Positions 18,194-27,775 of a DNA stretch of 33,934 nucleotides are shown here, in pieces. The notes under the pieces were generated by a model. That model saw nothing but the letters and a program-made list of their open reading frames with translations. It was not told the DNA's origin and made no database searches. Position 1 is the stretch's first letter. Every line of letters starts with the position of its first letter. The DNA is from an uncultured Maricaulaceae bacterium. GTDB taxonomy: Bacteria > Pseudomonadota > Alphaproteobacteria > Caulobacterales > Maricaulaceae. Made by a program: the position numbers and the translations under genes. The stretch spans positions 1-33,934 of the forward strand of contig CAXBKM010000001.1 of the NCBI GenBank assembly GCA_963976265.1, read 5' to 3'.

Positions 18194-18293
18194 TTATGGG
18201 ATATACAAGTTTAGGGGTGCATTGTTGTTTTACGGCAAATGCGGGCTGTTGCTGCAATGGCGCTGGGCGCCCCTAAACCCCCATATCCCATAA
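18194..18293. repeat. 27-bp imperfect inverted repeat (22/27 match) with 46-bp spacer
   Basis: TTATGGGATATACAAGTTTAGGGGTGC (18194-18220) versus GCGCCCCTAAACCCCCATATCCCATAA (18267-18293). Confidence 0.7.
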
Positions 18294-18400
18294 AATCCCT
18301 GCTAATGATTCAAATATGGTACCCACAAATGCTGTCTGCATGAAATCTACATGGATCATGGGATCAAAACGTTGATCCATTCAATGGTCAATGAGGTGGG

Positions 18401-21010
18401 TCAGACAAGTGCTACATGCGAACTCCGCTTGTCGGGATTCGGAAATGATACTGAACGATTCGAAACCATGTGTGCGATCTTTGTTCGGATGTCTGGGTGT
18501 CCAGCGAGCAAGCTGTCAACAAACGGCTTTATTTCAGCCCTTTCCGCTTGAGAGAGCATGGGCACCATTACTTTAGCAGCATCTTCTGAAGTGATCTCCG
18601 CGAGCCCGTCCGATCCCCTTGCAAAACCGCGCATCTGGATTGAATAAGCCTCTGCGCAAAGAAAGGCGGCAACGTCAACTATGCGTTCTTTACAGCTATC
18701 CTTTATACGGAGGCGATGGCATCCATTTGTTATGACTACATTCTGTACACCTTGGGGAACCAAACACCATTTTTGAACACTGCCCCAAATTGATCCAACA
18801 AAAATATCATGCTCTTCAGCGAAGTGTTTGGCGCGCTGAGGTAGCTCCCAACCGCGCAGACTCTCGCCACTAAAGTCGCCCTGACCAATGTTCTGCAGCT
18901 CTACGTAAGTGTAAATATTTTCGGGTACTTTTGTAATTTTTGTACCGGCACTATCGTGCGCCTCCGGGATGAAATCGACCGCATCGCCCAGCAAAAAGAA
19001 GCGATTTGATTTAATGTCGTCACGCACCGAAGCGAACTTCCTACAAAGTCGCTTTGGGTCTAATGTGTGGTCTGCATCGTCTATCACTTCAGATATTGGT
19101 ACGGCCCACCCGGTTTCCGGTGAGCTGCCTGACGAGCCATCAACGAGCCAAGGAAATGAGCTAACGACAACACTGGAGCGAAGATCGTCCAGCGATCCTG
19201 CAAAATCGGCATCTAGAATACGGTCGCCGTTGCTGTCGATTATAAAGCTGCCATCCTCAAGATTCCGAACATATCGTGGAGCAGCTCTTTTATCACCCAG
19301 GTTCCAGCCAACATTCTCGATCATTTGGACTGAGAAATGATAAGAGTCGTCTAGCGTAGCGTCGGCAAGTGGGCTGGCTCGTTTCTCAAGATAAACAACA
19401 CTTGCACTTACGTCTGCCCCCGATGTCTTAAATGTAAATCTTGGAAATGCACAAATAGCCACCACCTTCGTATGTCTCAACAGCCATTCTCTAAGTATCT
19501 GGTAGCGAGGCGAACGATTTCCGAGATAGCCATTCGGGAAAATTATCGCAATTCGCCCAGTGCCCGGCTTCGCATGTTTTACACAAACCTCAGCAAATAA
19601 AATTCCTGATTCTTGCTGGGATAGTAAAGTCGAATCTCTTTTCCATCTGCCGTTAGTTTCATCACGAGACCAACTGTGACCGAGGTCAAAATTTCTCAAT
19701 ACGGATTTTCTCTTCTCAACTATTTTTAATCCGAATGGTGGATTGCATACCATTATATCAAAACGATCAATATCGTCATTCACTCCAACTAGAGAATCAC
19801 CCTCTTTAATATTCGATTTGCCATCTCCATTTAATAACATATTAAGAATGGCTACTTGCACCGCATTTTCTGAATTGTCAGTTCCCCAAAGACAATCGGC
19901 ATATTTAGGGTCTTTATCCCTCCTTTTATGAAATGCAGCAGTAAGGAAGTCTGCGCTTCCGCATGCCGGGTCTTTCATGTGTTCGCCAAACTTAGGGTTG
20001 AGAATATCTACTATATAATCTGTAACATTCGGTGGAGTAAAAAACTGAGCCAGGTCCCACTTGTAAAGGCCCTTCGAGAACCTCATATAGAAATTCTGTA
20101 TTACATCCCTTTTAGATGCGATTACGCATACCGGTGCAAGTGACTTACATATCTCTGTAATTACTTCACCGTTTACTTTTTGCGGCAGCTTTTTGGAAAT
20201 TTTCTTGGGTAGGTGGTACTGATAATAATCAACGGCTTTCCCAAGCACAGTATTGAAAGACTCGAGCGCTTCTTTTCCTGTGCTTCCTACCGCTCGAAAA
20301 TCCTGGATTTCTAATTCATCACTTGGCGAAGCTTGGTGAGCGTGCTCGTCGTAGAGTTTCGCAAGTATCAACTGCAGCATCACCGAATATCTGGGCTCGA
20401 GATCAACCGAAGCTGCGTGCAAAATATTTTCTATTCGATCAAATATGGCGATAAGGTTATCGGCAGCCGTAAGGTCGGCGAATGTTAAGGGTTTAACGTG
20501 AATTTTCCGACCATAACGCGGAAGGATCGGGAGAGGGCCTTCCTTTGTTGAGCGCACTCCATCCAGGCGTTCCTGCCAAAACACCCGCTGATCTACATTG
20601 TCCCAATATAAGGCCACACAATCATCTCTTTTTGCGAAGTCTAAGAGTGGCTTCACCTGGGTATGTTTCACATAATCATTTGATGAGTTCTCACGTTTCA
20701 CTTCAGCAAGTATTATTGCGTGTTCGAGCAACCATTCCACACTATTGGATTCCGAAGATGAAACCGGAACATCGAGTACGGCGAGATCCGCGCGCATCGA
20801 GTTTCGGCCGCTGTTGCCAAATTTTTTTACGGTAGCCTCGACCTTTATATTTGCCTTTGGGTATCCGAGTTCGATGAGGTGCTTTATTGCCTCGACCCTA
20901 AAATACTCTTCTGAAGGCTTTAGACCGTCTTTGCTTTTCGCGCCTGTTTTCAGCAAGCCCCGAACGGGACAGGTGAGCATTAAACTTTCCACAAAACCTC
21001 TCCAAAGCAT
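18401..21010 (-). CDS. Fused restriction-modification enzyme (Type IIG-like: HsdR_N-type nuclease, N6-adenine MTase, S-like specificity region)
   Basis: SEEYFR…GYPKANIKVE…RADLAV…AEVKR nuclease motifs. AQFFTP, DPACGSADF and NPPF MTase motifs. C-terminal TRD-like region. True start may be GTG 20992. Confidence 0.88.
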   Translation of the reverse strand: MLWRGFVESLMLTCPVRGLLKTGAKSKDGLKPSEEYFRVEAIKHLIELGYPKANIKVEATVKKFGNSGRNSMRADLAVLDVPVSSSESNSVEWLLEHAIILAEVKRENSSNDYVKHTQVKPLLDFAKRDDCVALYWDNVDQRVFWQERLDGVRSTKEGPLPILPRYGRKIHVKPLTFADLTAADNLIAIFDRIENILHAASVDLEPRYSVMLQLILAKLYDEHAHQASPSDELEIQDFRAVGSTGKEALESFNTVLGKAVDYYQYHLPKKISKKLPQKVNGEVITEICKSLAPVCVIASKRDVIQNFYMRFSKGLYKWDLAQFFTPPNVTDYIVDILNPKFGEHMKDPACGSADFLTAAFHKRRDKDPKYADCLWGTDNSENAVQVAILNMLLNGDGKSNIKEGDSLVGVNDDIDRFDIMVCNPPFGLKIVEKRKSVLRNFDLGHSWSRDETNGRWKRDSTLLSQQESGILFAEVCVKHAKPGTGRIAIIFPNGYLGNRSPRYQILREWLLRHTKVVAICAFPRFTFKTSGADVSASVVYLEKRASPLADATLDDSYHFSVQMIENVGWNLGDKRAAPRYVRNLEDGSFIIDSNGDRILDADFAGSLDDLRSSVVVSSFPWLVDGSSGSSPETGWAVPISEVIDDADHTLDPKRLCRKFASVRDDIKSNRFFLLGDAVDFIPEAHDSAGTKITKVPENIYTYVELQNIGQGDFSGESLRGWELPQRAKHFAEEHDIFVGSIWGSVQKWCLVPQGVQNVVITNGCHRLRIKDSCKERIVDVAAFLCAEAYSIQMRGFARGSDGLAEITSEDAAKVMVPMLSQAERAEIKPFVDSLLAGHPDIRTKIAHMVSNRSVSFPNPDKRSSHVALV

Positions 21011-21174
21011 AGTTATGGTTGAATCTTCAGCCTATTTGGAGCGATCTTCAAGACCGCGTGATCCAAGATGAGCATACGCTTGGACTGTCTTCAGAGTAAA
21101 GCCGTTTCCGGGACGATAGTTTTAAATAATCAAGAAGATAGCTTGAATCGGCGGCAAAATGATTTCTCGAAACA

Positions 21175-21250
<76 letters not shown>

Positions 21251-21265
21251 TCACCACATTTTAGA

Positions 21266-21286
21266 GGCCTACTATAGGCCTACTAA
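21266..21286. repeat. Putative integrase arm-type binding sites, right end
   Basis: GGCCTACTA at 21266 and 21277 (11-bp period), same motif and spacing as 4251-4270. Confidence 0.75.
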
Positions 21287-21345
21287 CTTCTCCAGGCCCA
21301 CTCTAACCATTTGGTCGAGCTGAGCATTCGGAACTAGACCCGCTA

Positions 21346-21384
21346 ATTACGAATGATGTGCTCTACCAGCTGAGCTAATGCGGC
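21346..21384 (-). pseudogene. 5' half of the disrupted host tRNA-Thr(CGT); right junction of the island
   Basis: Minus strand reads GCCGCATTAGCTCAGCTGGTAGAGCACATCATTCGTAAT. GCCGCAT and CATCA pair perfectly with ATGCGGC and TGATG in the 4084-4129 fragment. Confidence 0.93.
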
Positions 21385-21404
21385 CCTTGAAGCCAAGGGC
21401 GCGG

Positions 21405-21433
21405 AAACTAGCCGCGAAGTGGCGACAGGGCAA
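21405..21433 (-). promoter_or_regulatory. Putative sigma70 promoter of the host tRNA-Thr locus
   Basis: Minus strand TTGCCC-N17-TAGTTT followed by GC-rich CCGCGCC, 20 bp before the tRNA 5' end. Confidence 0.6.
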
Positions 21434-21487
21434 TATGGGGGTTATGCGAAAAGCTGAAGCGAGCGACATGCACGATATACCGGACCG

Positions 21488-22144
21488 CTAGCGCGCCGCC
21501 ATCAATTCCTTGATCCGGGCCACGACCGGCTCAGCCAGGGCATTGAATGACGGGCGCAGGGCTTCCAGTTCCGGATCGGCGGCGGCCGCATCATTCAGAA
21601 CAACCAGATCAGCATTGTCCCTGCCCGGTTTGGTGTATTTGATATGCATGGGTCGAACCGAGCGCAGATATTGCGTCACGACCGATTCCACGCTGCGACC
21701 GCGTTCGCGGACATCGCGCAAAATCCGCCGCGCCAGACGCACATCCGATGGCGCATCGACATAGACCGTCAAATCATAAAGCGGCGCGAGATCAGGGTCA
21801 GCAAGGACATGAATACCTTCAACGATAATGATATCGGCAGGCAGGACATGGCGTGTCTGGGGCAGGCGGCTATGCGTGGCGAAATCATAGAGCGGCGCGT
21901 CAATGGCCTTGCCTTTTTTGAGCGCACCGAGCTGTTTGGCCATTAAGGCGTGGTCGTGCGCGGCAACATCATCAAAATTGAACCGGAGCGGATCAAAGCC
22001 TGGGTCTTTGGCGTGATCACCATAGTATTCGTCTTCGCGGATCAGGCGCACATCGACCGGTTCGAGCCGACGGCGCACCGCCTCGGCCAGCGTGGTTTTA
22101 CCCGACGCTGACCCGCCTGAAATCGCGACGAGTATCCGGCTCAT
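21488..22144 (-). CDS. udk: Uridine kinase
   Basis: ISGGSASGKTT P-loop, EDEYY, NFDD, PLYDFATHSR, IIVEGI, RLARRILRDVRERGR. Confidence 0.9.
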   Translation of the reverse strand: MSRILVAISGGSASGKTTLAEAVRRRLEPVDVRLIREDEYYGDHAKDPGFDPLRFNFDDVAAHDHALMAKQLGALKKGKAIDAPLYDFATHSRLPQTRHVLPADIIIVEGIHVLADPDLAPLYDLTVYVDAPSDVRLARRILRDVRERGRSVESVVTQYLRSVRPMHIKYTKPGRDNADLVVLNDAAAADPELEALRPSFNALAEPVVARIKELMAAR

Positions 22145-23631
22145 CGATGCCCCAGCGCGGCAATGGAATCGATATCATCGTCGTCATCGTCGCTGACGCC
22201 CGGGTCATCGGGCGCGCGCGGCGCATCATAAAAGCTTGCATCGCCTTTCGCGCTGGGCGCAGCGCGTTTCGGGGATTGTTTGGGCGCTTCCAGCAGAGCT
22301 GTTTCCGGTACAGCTTCGGCGGCAATCTCAAAGCGCTCATAGCGCGGATGCAAAAGCCGCCCTTCATCACCAAAGGCATAGACCATGCGCTTCCAGTCAT
22401 CGGGCGCAAACGGAAAGGCGCGGCCCTCGCCATCAATATCCGACCAGTCGGCCTCGCCCGGCGCATGCGCCGCGCGCGTCATCCAGCGACGCGCCGCCTT
22501 GTCGTCATCTTCCTGACGGGCCAGTCGTGCCGCCAGAGCACACAGGCGCGCCGATGGCGTTCCCATTTCCAGCAAGGGGTCGAGCGCCGCACGGGCTTCG
22601 CCGACATCGCTGGCCTCCAGCGCGGCTTCGGCCAGAAGCAGGCGTGATTCACGGTGATCGGCGCGAATTTCCGCCAGTGATTTGAGGCGTTCGGCACGTT
22701 TCGCCTTGGTGTCGCTCTTGCGCAATTCGGCCAGAGCACGCGCCAGTGCCGGATGCGGCGCGGCCGACCAGGCCGCCTTGATCAGGCTTTCAGCCTTGGC
22801 ATGCTTGCGCGCGCCTGCCAGCAAACGTGCGGCGACAGTTGCTGCAGGCGCAAAGGAGGGTGCCGCGCCAGCAGCGCGCTCCGCAAAAGCCCGCGCGGCG
22901 GCCGGATCACTCTCTTCACACTCAACAGCGGCGGCCGTCAGAAGGACGGCGCGGCGACGCTTGGCACGGTCGGCCGGGATTTGTTTGCGTTTTTCGCCTT
23001 CATGCAATGTGTCGAGTGCGGCCTGCCAGTCGGCTTGCGCGACCTGAGCATCGAACAGGGCATCGAACGCCCAGCGCACCGATTTCGATTGGCCAAAGGC
23101 CTCGCTGGCATGCTCAACGGTCAGTGTATGTTCGCCGCGTTCATGGGCGATCTGTGCGAGCCCGCGTCGTGCGACCATGCGCGTCTTGGGATCGTCCAGC
23201 ATGGCTTCATAATGGGCTTCTGCACCCGGCAAATTCCCCGCAGCCTCTGCGGCGCGCGCCGCCAGAAGGCGCGACAGGGCGGGACGCTCCAGCAGGGCAT
23301 CGGCGCGCGCAGCCTGGCGCACAGCCGTTTCACCTTCGCCGGCAGCCGAGGCGATCAGCGCGCGTTCGAGCGCGTCAAAACCCTTTTCCTTGCGGCGGCG
23401 TGTATTGAATTTGCGAATATTGTCCGGCGCCGTCCAGACCCCCAGAACCAAACGCCAGATGACCAGCAGGGCAAAGGTCAGCAGAATCAAAAGCCCGCCT
23501 GCCAGCGCAAAGGGCATGCGCCCCTGAACGCCCATGAATTCAAACGAGGCCGAGCCGGGATTGAGTGTCACAAAAACGGTCGCCGCACAGGCGGCGATAA
23601 TGACGAGTACGACCAGTATCAGGCGGATCAT
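22141..23631 (-). CDS. hemY: HemY_N membrane-anchored TPR-like protein (alphaproteobacterial 'HemY'/Orf52)
   Basis: Two N-terminal TM helices, RRRKEKGFDALERALIA, Ala-rich helical repeats, WSAAPHP motif, synteny with hemC-hemD-mic60. Confidence 0.8.
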   Translation of the reverse strand: MIRLILVVLVIIAACAATVFVTLNPGSASFEFMGVQGRMPFALAGGLLILLTFALLVIWRLVLGVWTAPDNIRKFNTRRRKEKGFDALERALIASAAGEGETAVRQAARADALLERPALSRLLAARAAEAAGNLPGAEAHYEAMLDDPKTRMVARRGLAQIAHERGEHTLTVEHASEAFGQSKSVRWAFDALFDAQVAQADWQAALDTLHEGEKRKQIPADRAKRRRAVLLTAAAVECEESDPAAARAFAERAAGAAPSFAPAATVAARLLAGARKHAKAESLIKAAWSAAPHPALARALAELRKSDTKAKRAERLKSLAEIRADHRESRLLLAEAALEASDVGEARAALDPLLEMGTPSARLCALAARLARQEDDDKAARRWMTRAAHAPGEADWSDIDGEGRAFPFAPDDWKRMVYAFGDEGRLLHPRYERFEIAAEAVPETALLEAPKQSPKRAAPSAKGDASFYDAPRAPDDPGVSDDDDDDIDSIAALGHR

Positions 23632-24887
23632 CTTGGATCAGCTCCTTCTGAGGCCGCTTCGTCAACCAGCGCCGCCCTCAATGTGGTCAGTGTAGATTCA
23701 ATCTGCAAACGCGCCCGTGCGGCCAGCAGCCAGGCCTGCGCCGCGGTCAAAGCCTCTCCTTCGAGGCGTTCCGTCGCAATAACAGCGCCGTCCAGATCGC
23801 CGCGTTCCAATCTCGCCGCCGCCAGAGCGGCCAAAGCGAGTGGACCATCTGCGCCCTCGTCCGGGTCAACACGGCGCACTTCGATCAGTCCAAAGAAAGC
23901 GCGCGAGGGACCCGCGGCGGCCTCGATGTCAGCCCTTGGATAGTCCGCGACCAAAGCCTCGCGGTCCGGAACACCGGCGCGCGCGACCGGCTGTATGGCG
24001 TTCAATTCCGGGCGGTCCCGCCAGAGCCTGGCCAGCGCGGCGCGCTCAGCCTCAAACGGCGCAGACGTTTCGGCAATATCGGCCAATGCCATCAGCGCGA
24101 GTGTCCGGGCCGCCAGAATGCGGGCGGTGTCGGCGTCCTGCGTACCGCTTTGCGCGCTGCCCGCCACATTGGCCGCCGCATCGGCGCGCATTGAGGCAGA
24201 TTGTGCCAAGGCCTCAACGGCGGCGAGACGCGTTTCAATTGCCGAGAGATCAACGGGTTCGGCGATCGATGTGGATTCCGTCTCCTCCAGAGCCGCAATT
24301 CGGTCTGCAAGTGCTTGCATAAGCGATGCATCCACGCCCGCTTCGCCAACCGGCAAACTCTCGCTATCCAGCGCCTGATTGGCGAGCGCTTCAGCGCGTT
24401 CAGCCGTGTCAGCGACGCTGTCCAGGCGATTGGTTATCGCCGTCAAATCAATCGCCTCACCGGCGACCGGCATTGCCGATTCCAGCGCTTCAATACGCGA
24501 CACCAACAGGGCTGTTTGTTCAGGGTCTGCATCGCCGACCATGGGCGGCGGCGCGTTTTCAAGGTTCGTCACGCGGTTCTGCAATTCGGCATAGCCTTCC
24601 GGTGCCGAGACCAAGGGTTCAGCGGTTTCAAGCGCTGCGATCCGGGCTTCCACACTGGCCAGTGCGTCAGAATTCTCACCTACGGCCGGCGCATCGCGTT
24701 GACCGTCAAGCCACATGGCTCCGGTAACGCCCAGCGCGCCGCCTGCCAGAGTCGCGATGAGAAACAGGAACAGGCCGCCAAGAAACCCGCCGCCGCGTTT
24801 TTTCGCCTCGGGCTCGTCTATCGGCGCTGGCTCAAACTCGGCATCAACCGGTTCTGGTTCAGTATCCTGGCTCATTTCCCGATCCAC
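23628..24887 (-). CDS. COG4223/mitofilin-domain protein (alphaproteobacterial Mic60 homolog)
   Basis: Single N-terminal TM helix, coiled coils, C-terminal PFEAE…GVP…FGLIEVRR…LERGDLDGA…WLLAARAR. Lies between hemD and hemY. Confidence 0.85.
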   Translation of the reverse strand: MDREMSQDTEPEPVDAEFEPAPIDEPEAKKRGGGFLGGLFLFLIATLAGGALGVTGAMWLDGQRDAPAVGENSDALASVEARIAALETAEPLVSAPEGYAELQNRVTNLENAPPPMVGDADPEQTALLVSRIEALESAMPVAGEAIDLTAITNRLDSVADTAERAEALANQALDSESLPVGEAGVDASLMQALADRIAALEETESTSIAEPVDLSAIETRLAAVEALAQSASMRADAAANVAGSAQSGTQDADTARILAARTLALMALADIAETSAPFEAERAALARLWRDRPELNAIQPVARAGVPDREALVADYPRADIEAAAGPSRAFFGLIEVRRVDPDEGADGPLALAALAAARLERGDLDGAVIATERLEGEALTAAQAWLLAARARLQIESTLTTLRAALVDEAASEGADPR

Positions 24888-24923
24888 AGCCCTTTTCGCG
24901 TGATTCGAACGTCTGCTTGCACT

Positions 24924-25643
24924 CTAGGGCCTGTCTGGCCCCGCGCCAACGCGATCCAGTAGCGCACCCTCATCGGGCGTCTCGGCAATGCGTATCGCCG
25001 CCCAATCCGATCCAATCAGATTGCTAGCCGTAGCCGGGCTGATTGCAATGGCGATAACGCTTTCCAGCCGGGCATTCAGACCTGCATCATCTACCAGCGC
25101 CGTGAACGCACCCGCCGCACGCGGCGAATGAAATAATACGCTTGAAAGCATCCGGCTGGTCAGCGCTTCCCTGGCGAGGCTCGGCAATTGCTGTTCGACC
25201 TCGGCGCGATAGGCAATCGTTTCATGAACCGGAAACCCGTTGCGCTGAAGCGTGCCGGACAGATCACCGGCTGTATGACCGCCGCGCACATGTAAGATCG
25301 CGCCGCGCTCAGGCTCCAAACCGCGGATCAACAGATCGGCCAGAGCGTGAGCATCGCCGCCTGCAGACCGGGTTTTCTCAAAGCCGGCTTCACGGGCCGC
25401 ATCGCGCGTCGCATCACCCACACACCAGGCCGTCAGATGGCGTTCCTCGCGAAGCTTTGCCCAGGCCCGCACACCATTGGCGCTGGTAAAGGCCAGGGCC
25501 TGAACGCGCGACAGGCTTTCGGTAATCGCATCCGCATCGCGAATATTCAGCAGCGGCGCCACGATCGTTTCAACGCCGCGTGCATGAAGCGCTGTGGCTG
25601 TTTTCGTCGCACCGGGTTCAGCTCGGGTAATCAGGACTTTCAT
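24924..25643 (-). CDS. hemD: Uroporphyrinogen-III synthase
   Basis: VLITRAEP, AFTSANGV, CVGDAT, FHSPRAA and AISP motifs; overlaps the hemC stop. Confidence 0.93.
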   Translation of the reverse strand: MKVLITRAEPGATKTATALHARGVETIVAPLLNIRDADAITESLSRVQALAFTSANGVRAWAKLREERHLTAWCVGDATRDAAREAGFEKTRSAGGDAHALADLLIRGLEPERGAILHVRGGHTAGDLSGTLQRNGFPVHETIAYRAEVEQQLPSLAREALTSRMLSSVLFHSPRAAGAFTALVDDAGLNARLESVIAIAISPATASNLIGSDWAAIRIAETPDEGALLDRVGAGPDRP

Positions 25644-26608
25644 GACGCCGCGATAGCTTGCGCAAGCGTGTCGCCGCCGGCCCGTTTGATATTTTCGCCC
25701 AGCTCGCGTCCAAGGTTTTGTGCATCCAGCAAATTTGCGGCGCAGCGTCCCTCATCGCGCCAACAATGCACGCCGTCCGGCGTCAGAGCTTCAGCGCGCA
25801 GATAAAGCTCATCGCCGGTCAATGCCGCATGAATGGCAATCGGCGTGCGGCAGGATCCATCGAGCCGGGACAGCGCCGCGCGTTCGGCCGCCAGTGCAGT
25901 CCAGCTGGGTTCATGGTTCAGAGGCGCAACAATGTCATGCGCGGCGGCATCGTCACTGCGTATGGCAATTCCGACAACGCCCTGCCCCGCTGCCGGCAGC
26001 ATGGCGGCTGGTTCTATCGGCCTGAATTGAGCCTCCTTGCGGCCCAGCCGGTTCAGACCGGCCCGTGCCAGAAATGTCGCGTCGATTTCGCCACTGTTCA
26101 ATCGGTCCAGCCGCGTACCGACATTGCCGCGCAGCGTTACAATTTTAAGGTCCGGGCGCGCATGCAGGGCCTGAGCTTGCCTGCGCAGGCTGGCGGTTCC
26201 CAACGTCGCACCCTGCGGCAGATCATCCAATTGGGCGCTGCCCGCAGAAATCAGCAAAACGTCGCGTGGATCTTCACGCTCAAGATAGGCCACAAATTCC
26301 AGCCCTTCAGGCGGCGCTATCGGCACATCCTTCATGGAGTGCACCGAAATGCGTGCTTCGCCGCGCAAAATCGCAGCATCGATTTCCTTGGTGAACAGGC
26401 CCTTGCCGCCCGCCTCGGTCAGGCGCTGCGTCGTCAGCTTGTCACCGGTAGTCATGAAGGTGCGGATCGGGAATATCTGTTCGCCGTCACTTTGCGTCAG
26501 CCTGTGCGCCTTGATCAGCAGGTCACGCGTCATATGCGCCTGCGCCAGCGCAAGCGGTGATCCACGGGTTGCAATCGGCAGCGGGTCTGAAAAGGACGGT
26601 GTCGACAA
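25640..26608 (-). CDS. hemC: Hydroxymethylbilane synthase (porphobilinogen deaminase)
   Basis: IATRGSPLALAQ, GGKGLFTKE, VHSMKD, GTASLRR, RGNVGTRL, LDGSCRTP. TTG start. Confidence 0.97.
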   Translation of the reverse strand: MSTPSFSDPLPIATRGSPLALAQAHMTRDLLIKAHRLTQSDGEQIFPIRTFMTTGDKLTTQRLTEAGGKGLFTKEIDAAILRGEARISVHSMKDVPIAPPEGLEFVAYLEREDPRDVLLISAGSAQLDDLPQGATLGTASLRRQAQALHARPDLKIVTLRGNVGTRLDRLNSGEIDATFLARAGLNRLGRKEAQFRPIEPAAMLPAAGQGVVGIAIRSDDAAAHDIVAPLNHEPSWTALAAERAALSRLDGSCRTPIAIHAALTGDELYLRAEALTPDGVHCWRDEGRCAANLLDAQNLGRELGENIKRAGGDTLAQAIAAS

Positions 26609-26644
26609 GTTGCGTGACCTACCCTTGAGGCGTATCGAACAGGA

Positions 26645-27775
26645 ATGCAGGACTTAGCGCCCCTTCAAGCACCCGCGCAAGCGCTCACCGTACTCGGTCT
26701 GGAATCGAGCTGCGACGAAAGTGCCGCTGCCATTGTTCGTCGCCATGCTGACGGGCGCATAGATGTGCTCGCCGATAGCGTCTTGAGCCAGGACAGCGCG
26801 CATGCCCCCTATGGCGGCGTGGTACCTGAAATCGCCGCACGCGCACATGTCGAAGTGATGGATGTTCTGACCCGGAAAGTGCTCGGCGACGCCGGTCTGA
26901 TTTTGGCGGATATAGACGGTTTTGCCGCGACATCCGGACCGGGACTGGTCGGCGGCGTGATGGCCGCGCTGATGACCGCCAAAGGCCTGGCGTTGGGCGC
27001 AGGCAAGCCGCTTATTGCGGTCAATCATCTGGAAGGCCACGCCTTGTCACCGCGCCTGACCGGACAGGTCGATTTCCCCTATCTTCTCTTGCTGGTTTCC
27101 GGTGGACATACGCAGTTACTGATTGCGCGCGATGTCGGCGATTATGAAAAGCTCGGCTCAACGCTGGACGATGCGGCTGGCGAAGCTTTTGATAAAACCG
27201 CCAAAATCATGGGATTGGGCTTTCCCGGCGGTCCTGCACTCGAACGCATGGCAAAAACCGGCGATGCGGCCCGCTTTGACCTGCCTTTGCCGCTGGCGCG
27301 GCGCGGCGGATGTGATTTTTCCTTTGCCGGTTTGAAAACCGCAGCCCGGCAAATCTGGGACGGGCTCGAAAACCCTGATGATCGTGACCGCGCCGATTTG
27401 TCGGCCAGTGTTCAGGCCATGATTGCCCGTTCCCTGGCGGATCGCTCGGCGCGCGCCATGGTCGCATTTCGCGAACGATTTCCGGATGACGCCGCACCGC
27501 TCAGCTTTGTTGTGGCTGGTGGTGTCGCCGCGAACAGTGCCGTCAGAGATGCCTTGAGTCACGCCGCGATGGAAAACGGGTTTCAACTCATCGCACCGCC
27601 ATCCAAATGGTGCACCGACAACGCGGCCATGATTGCCTTGGCCGGGGTTGAGCATTTGGCACGCGGCGAGACAGCTGGTCTGGATACGCCAGCGCGCGCG
27701 CGCTGGCCTTTGGACCCTGCGTCGGCCAAACTCAACCCGACGATTGGATCAGGCCGAAAGGGACCCAAGGCATGA
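26645..27775 (+). CDS. tsaD: tRNA N6-threonylcarbamoyladenosine transferase TsaD
   Basis: [61 protein letters not shown]. Confidence 0.97.
   Translation: MQDLAPLQAPAQALTVLGLESSCDESAAAIVRRHADGRIDVLADSVLSQDSAHAPYGGVVPEIAARAHVEVMDVLTRKVLGDAGLILADIDGFAATSGPGLVGGVMAALMTAKGLALGAGKPLIAVNHLEGHALSPRLTGQVDFPYLLLLVSGGHTQLLIARDVGDYEKLGSTLDDAAGEAFDKTAKIMGLGFPGGPALERMAKTGDAARFDLPLPLARRGGCDFSFAGLKTAARQIWDGLENPDDRDRADLSASVQAMIARSLADRSARAMVAFRERFPDDAAPLSFVVAGGVAANSAVRDALSHAAMENGFQLIAPPSKWCTDNAAMIALAGVEHLARGETAGLDTPARARWPLDPASAKLNPTIGSGRKGPKA

Noticed and set aside
21312-21345. Possible restored tRNA 3' half at the right junction (TAGCGGGTCTAGTTCCGAATGCTCAGCTCGACCA, ending ACCA)
   Set aside because: It cannot form the anticodon stem, T-stem or acceptor stem with the host 5' half. 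At most a decayed relic or a chance resemblance.
22753-26560. Long plus-strand ORFs (22753-23943, 24201-24962, 25658-26560)
   Set aside because: Antisense shadows of hemY, mic60 and hemC, expected in GC-rich DNA; no motifs.
26645-27775. Functional link between tsaD (t6A modification of tRNAs including tRNA-Thr) and the tRNA-Thr island
   Set aside because: The hemC/tsaD-gpsA arrangement is standard alphaproteobacterial synteny; the proximity is most likely coincidental.
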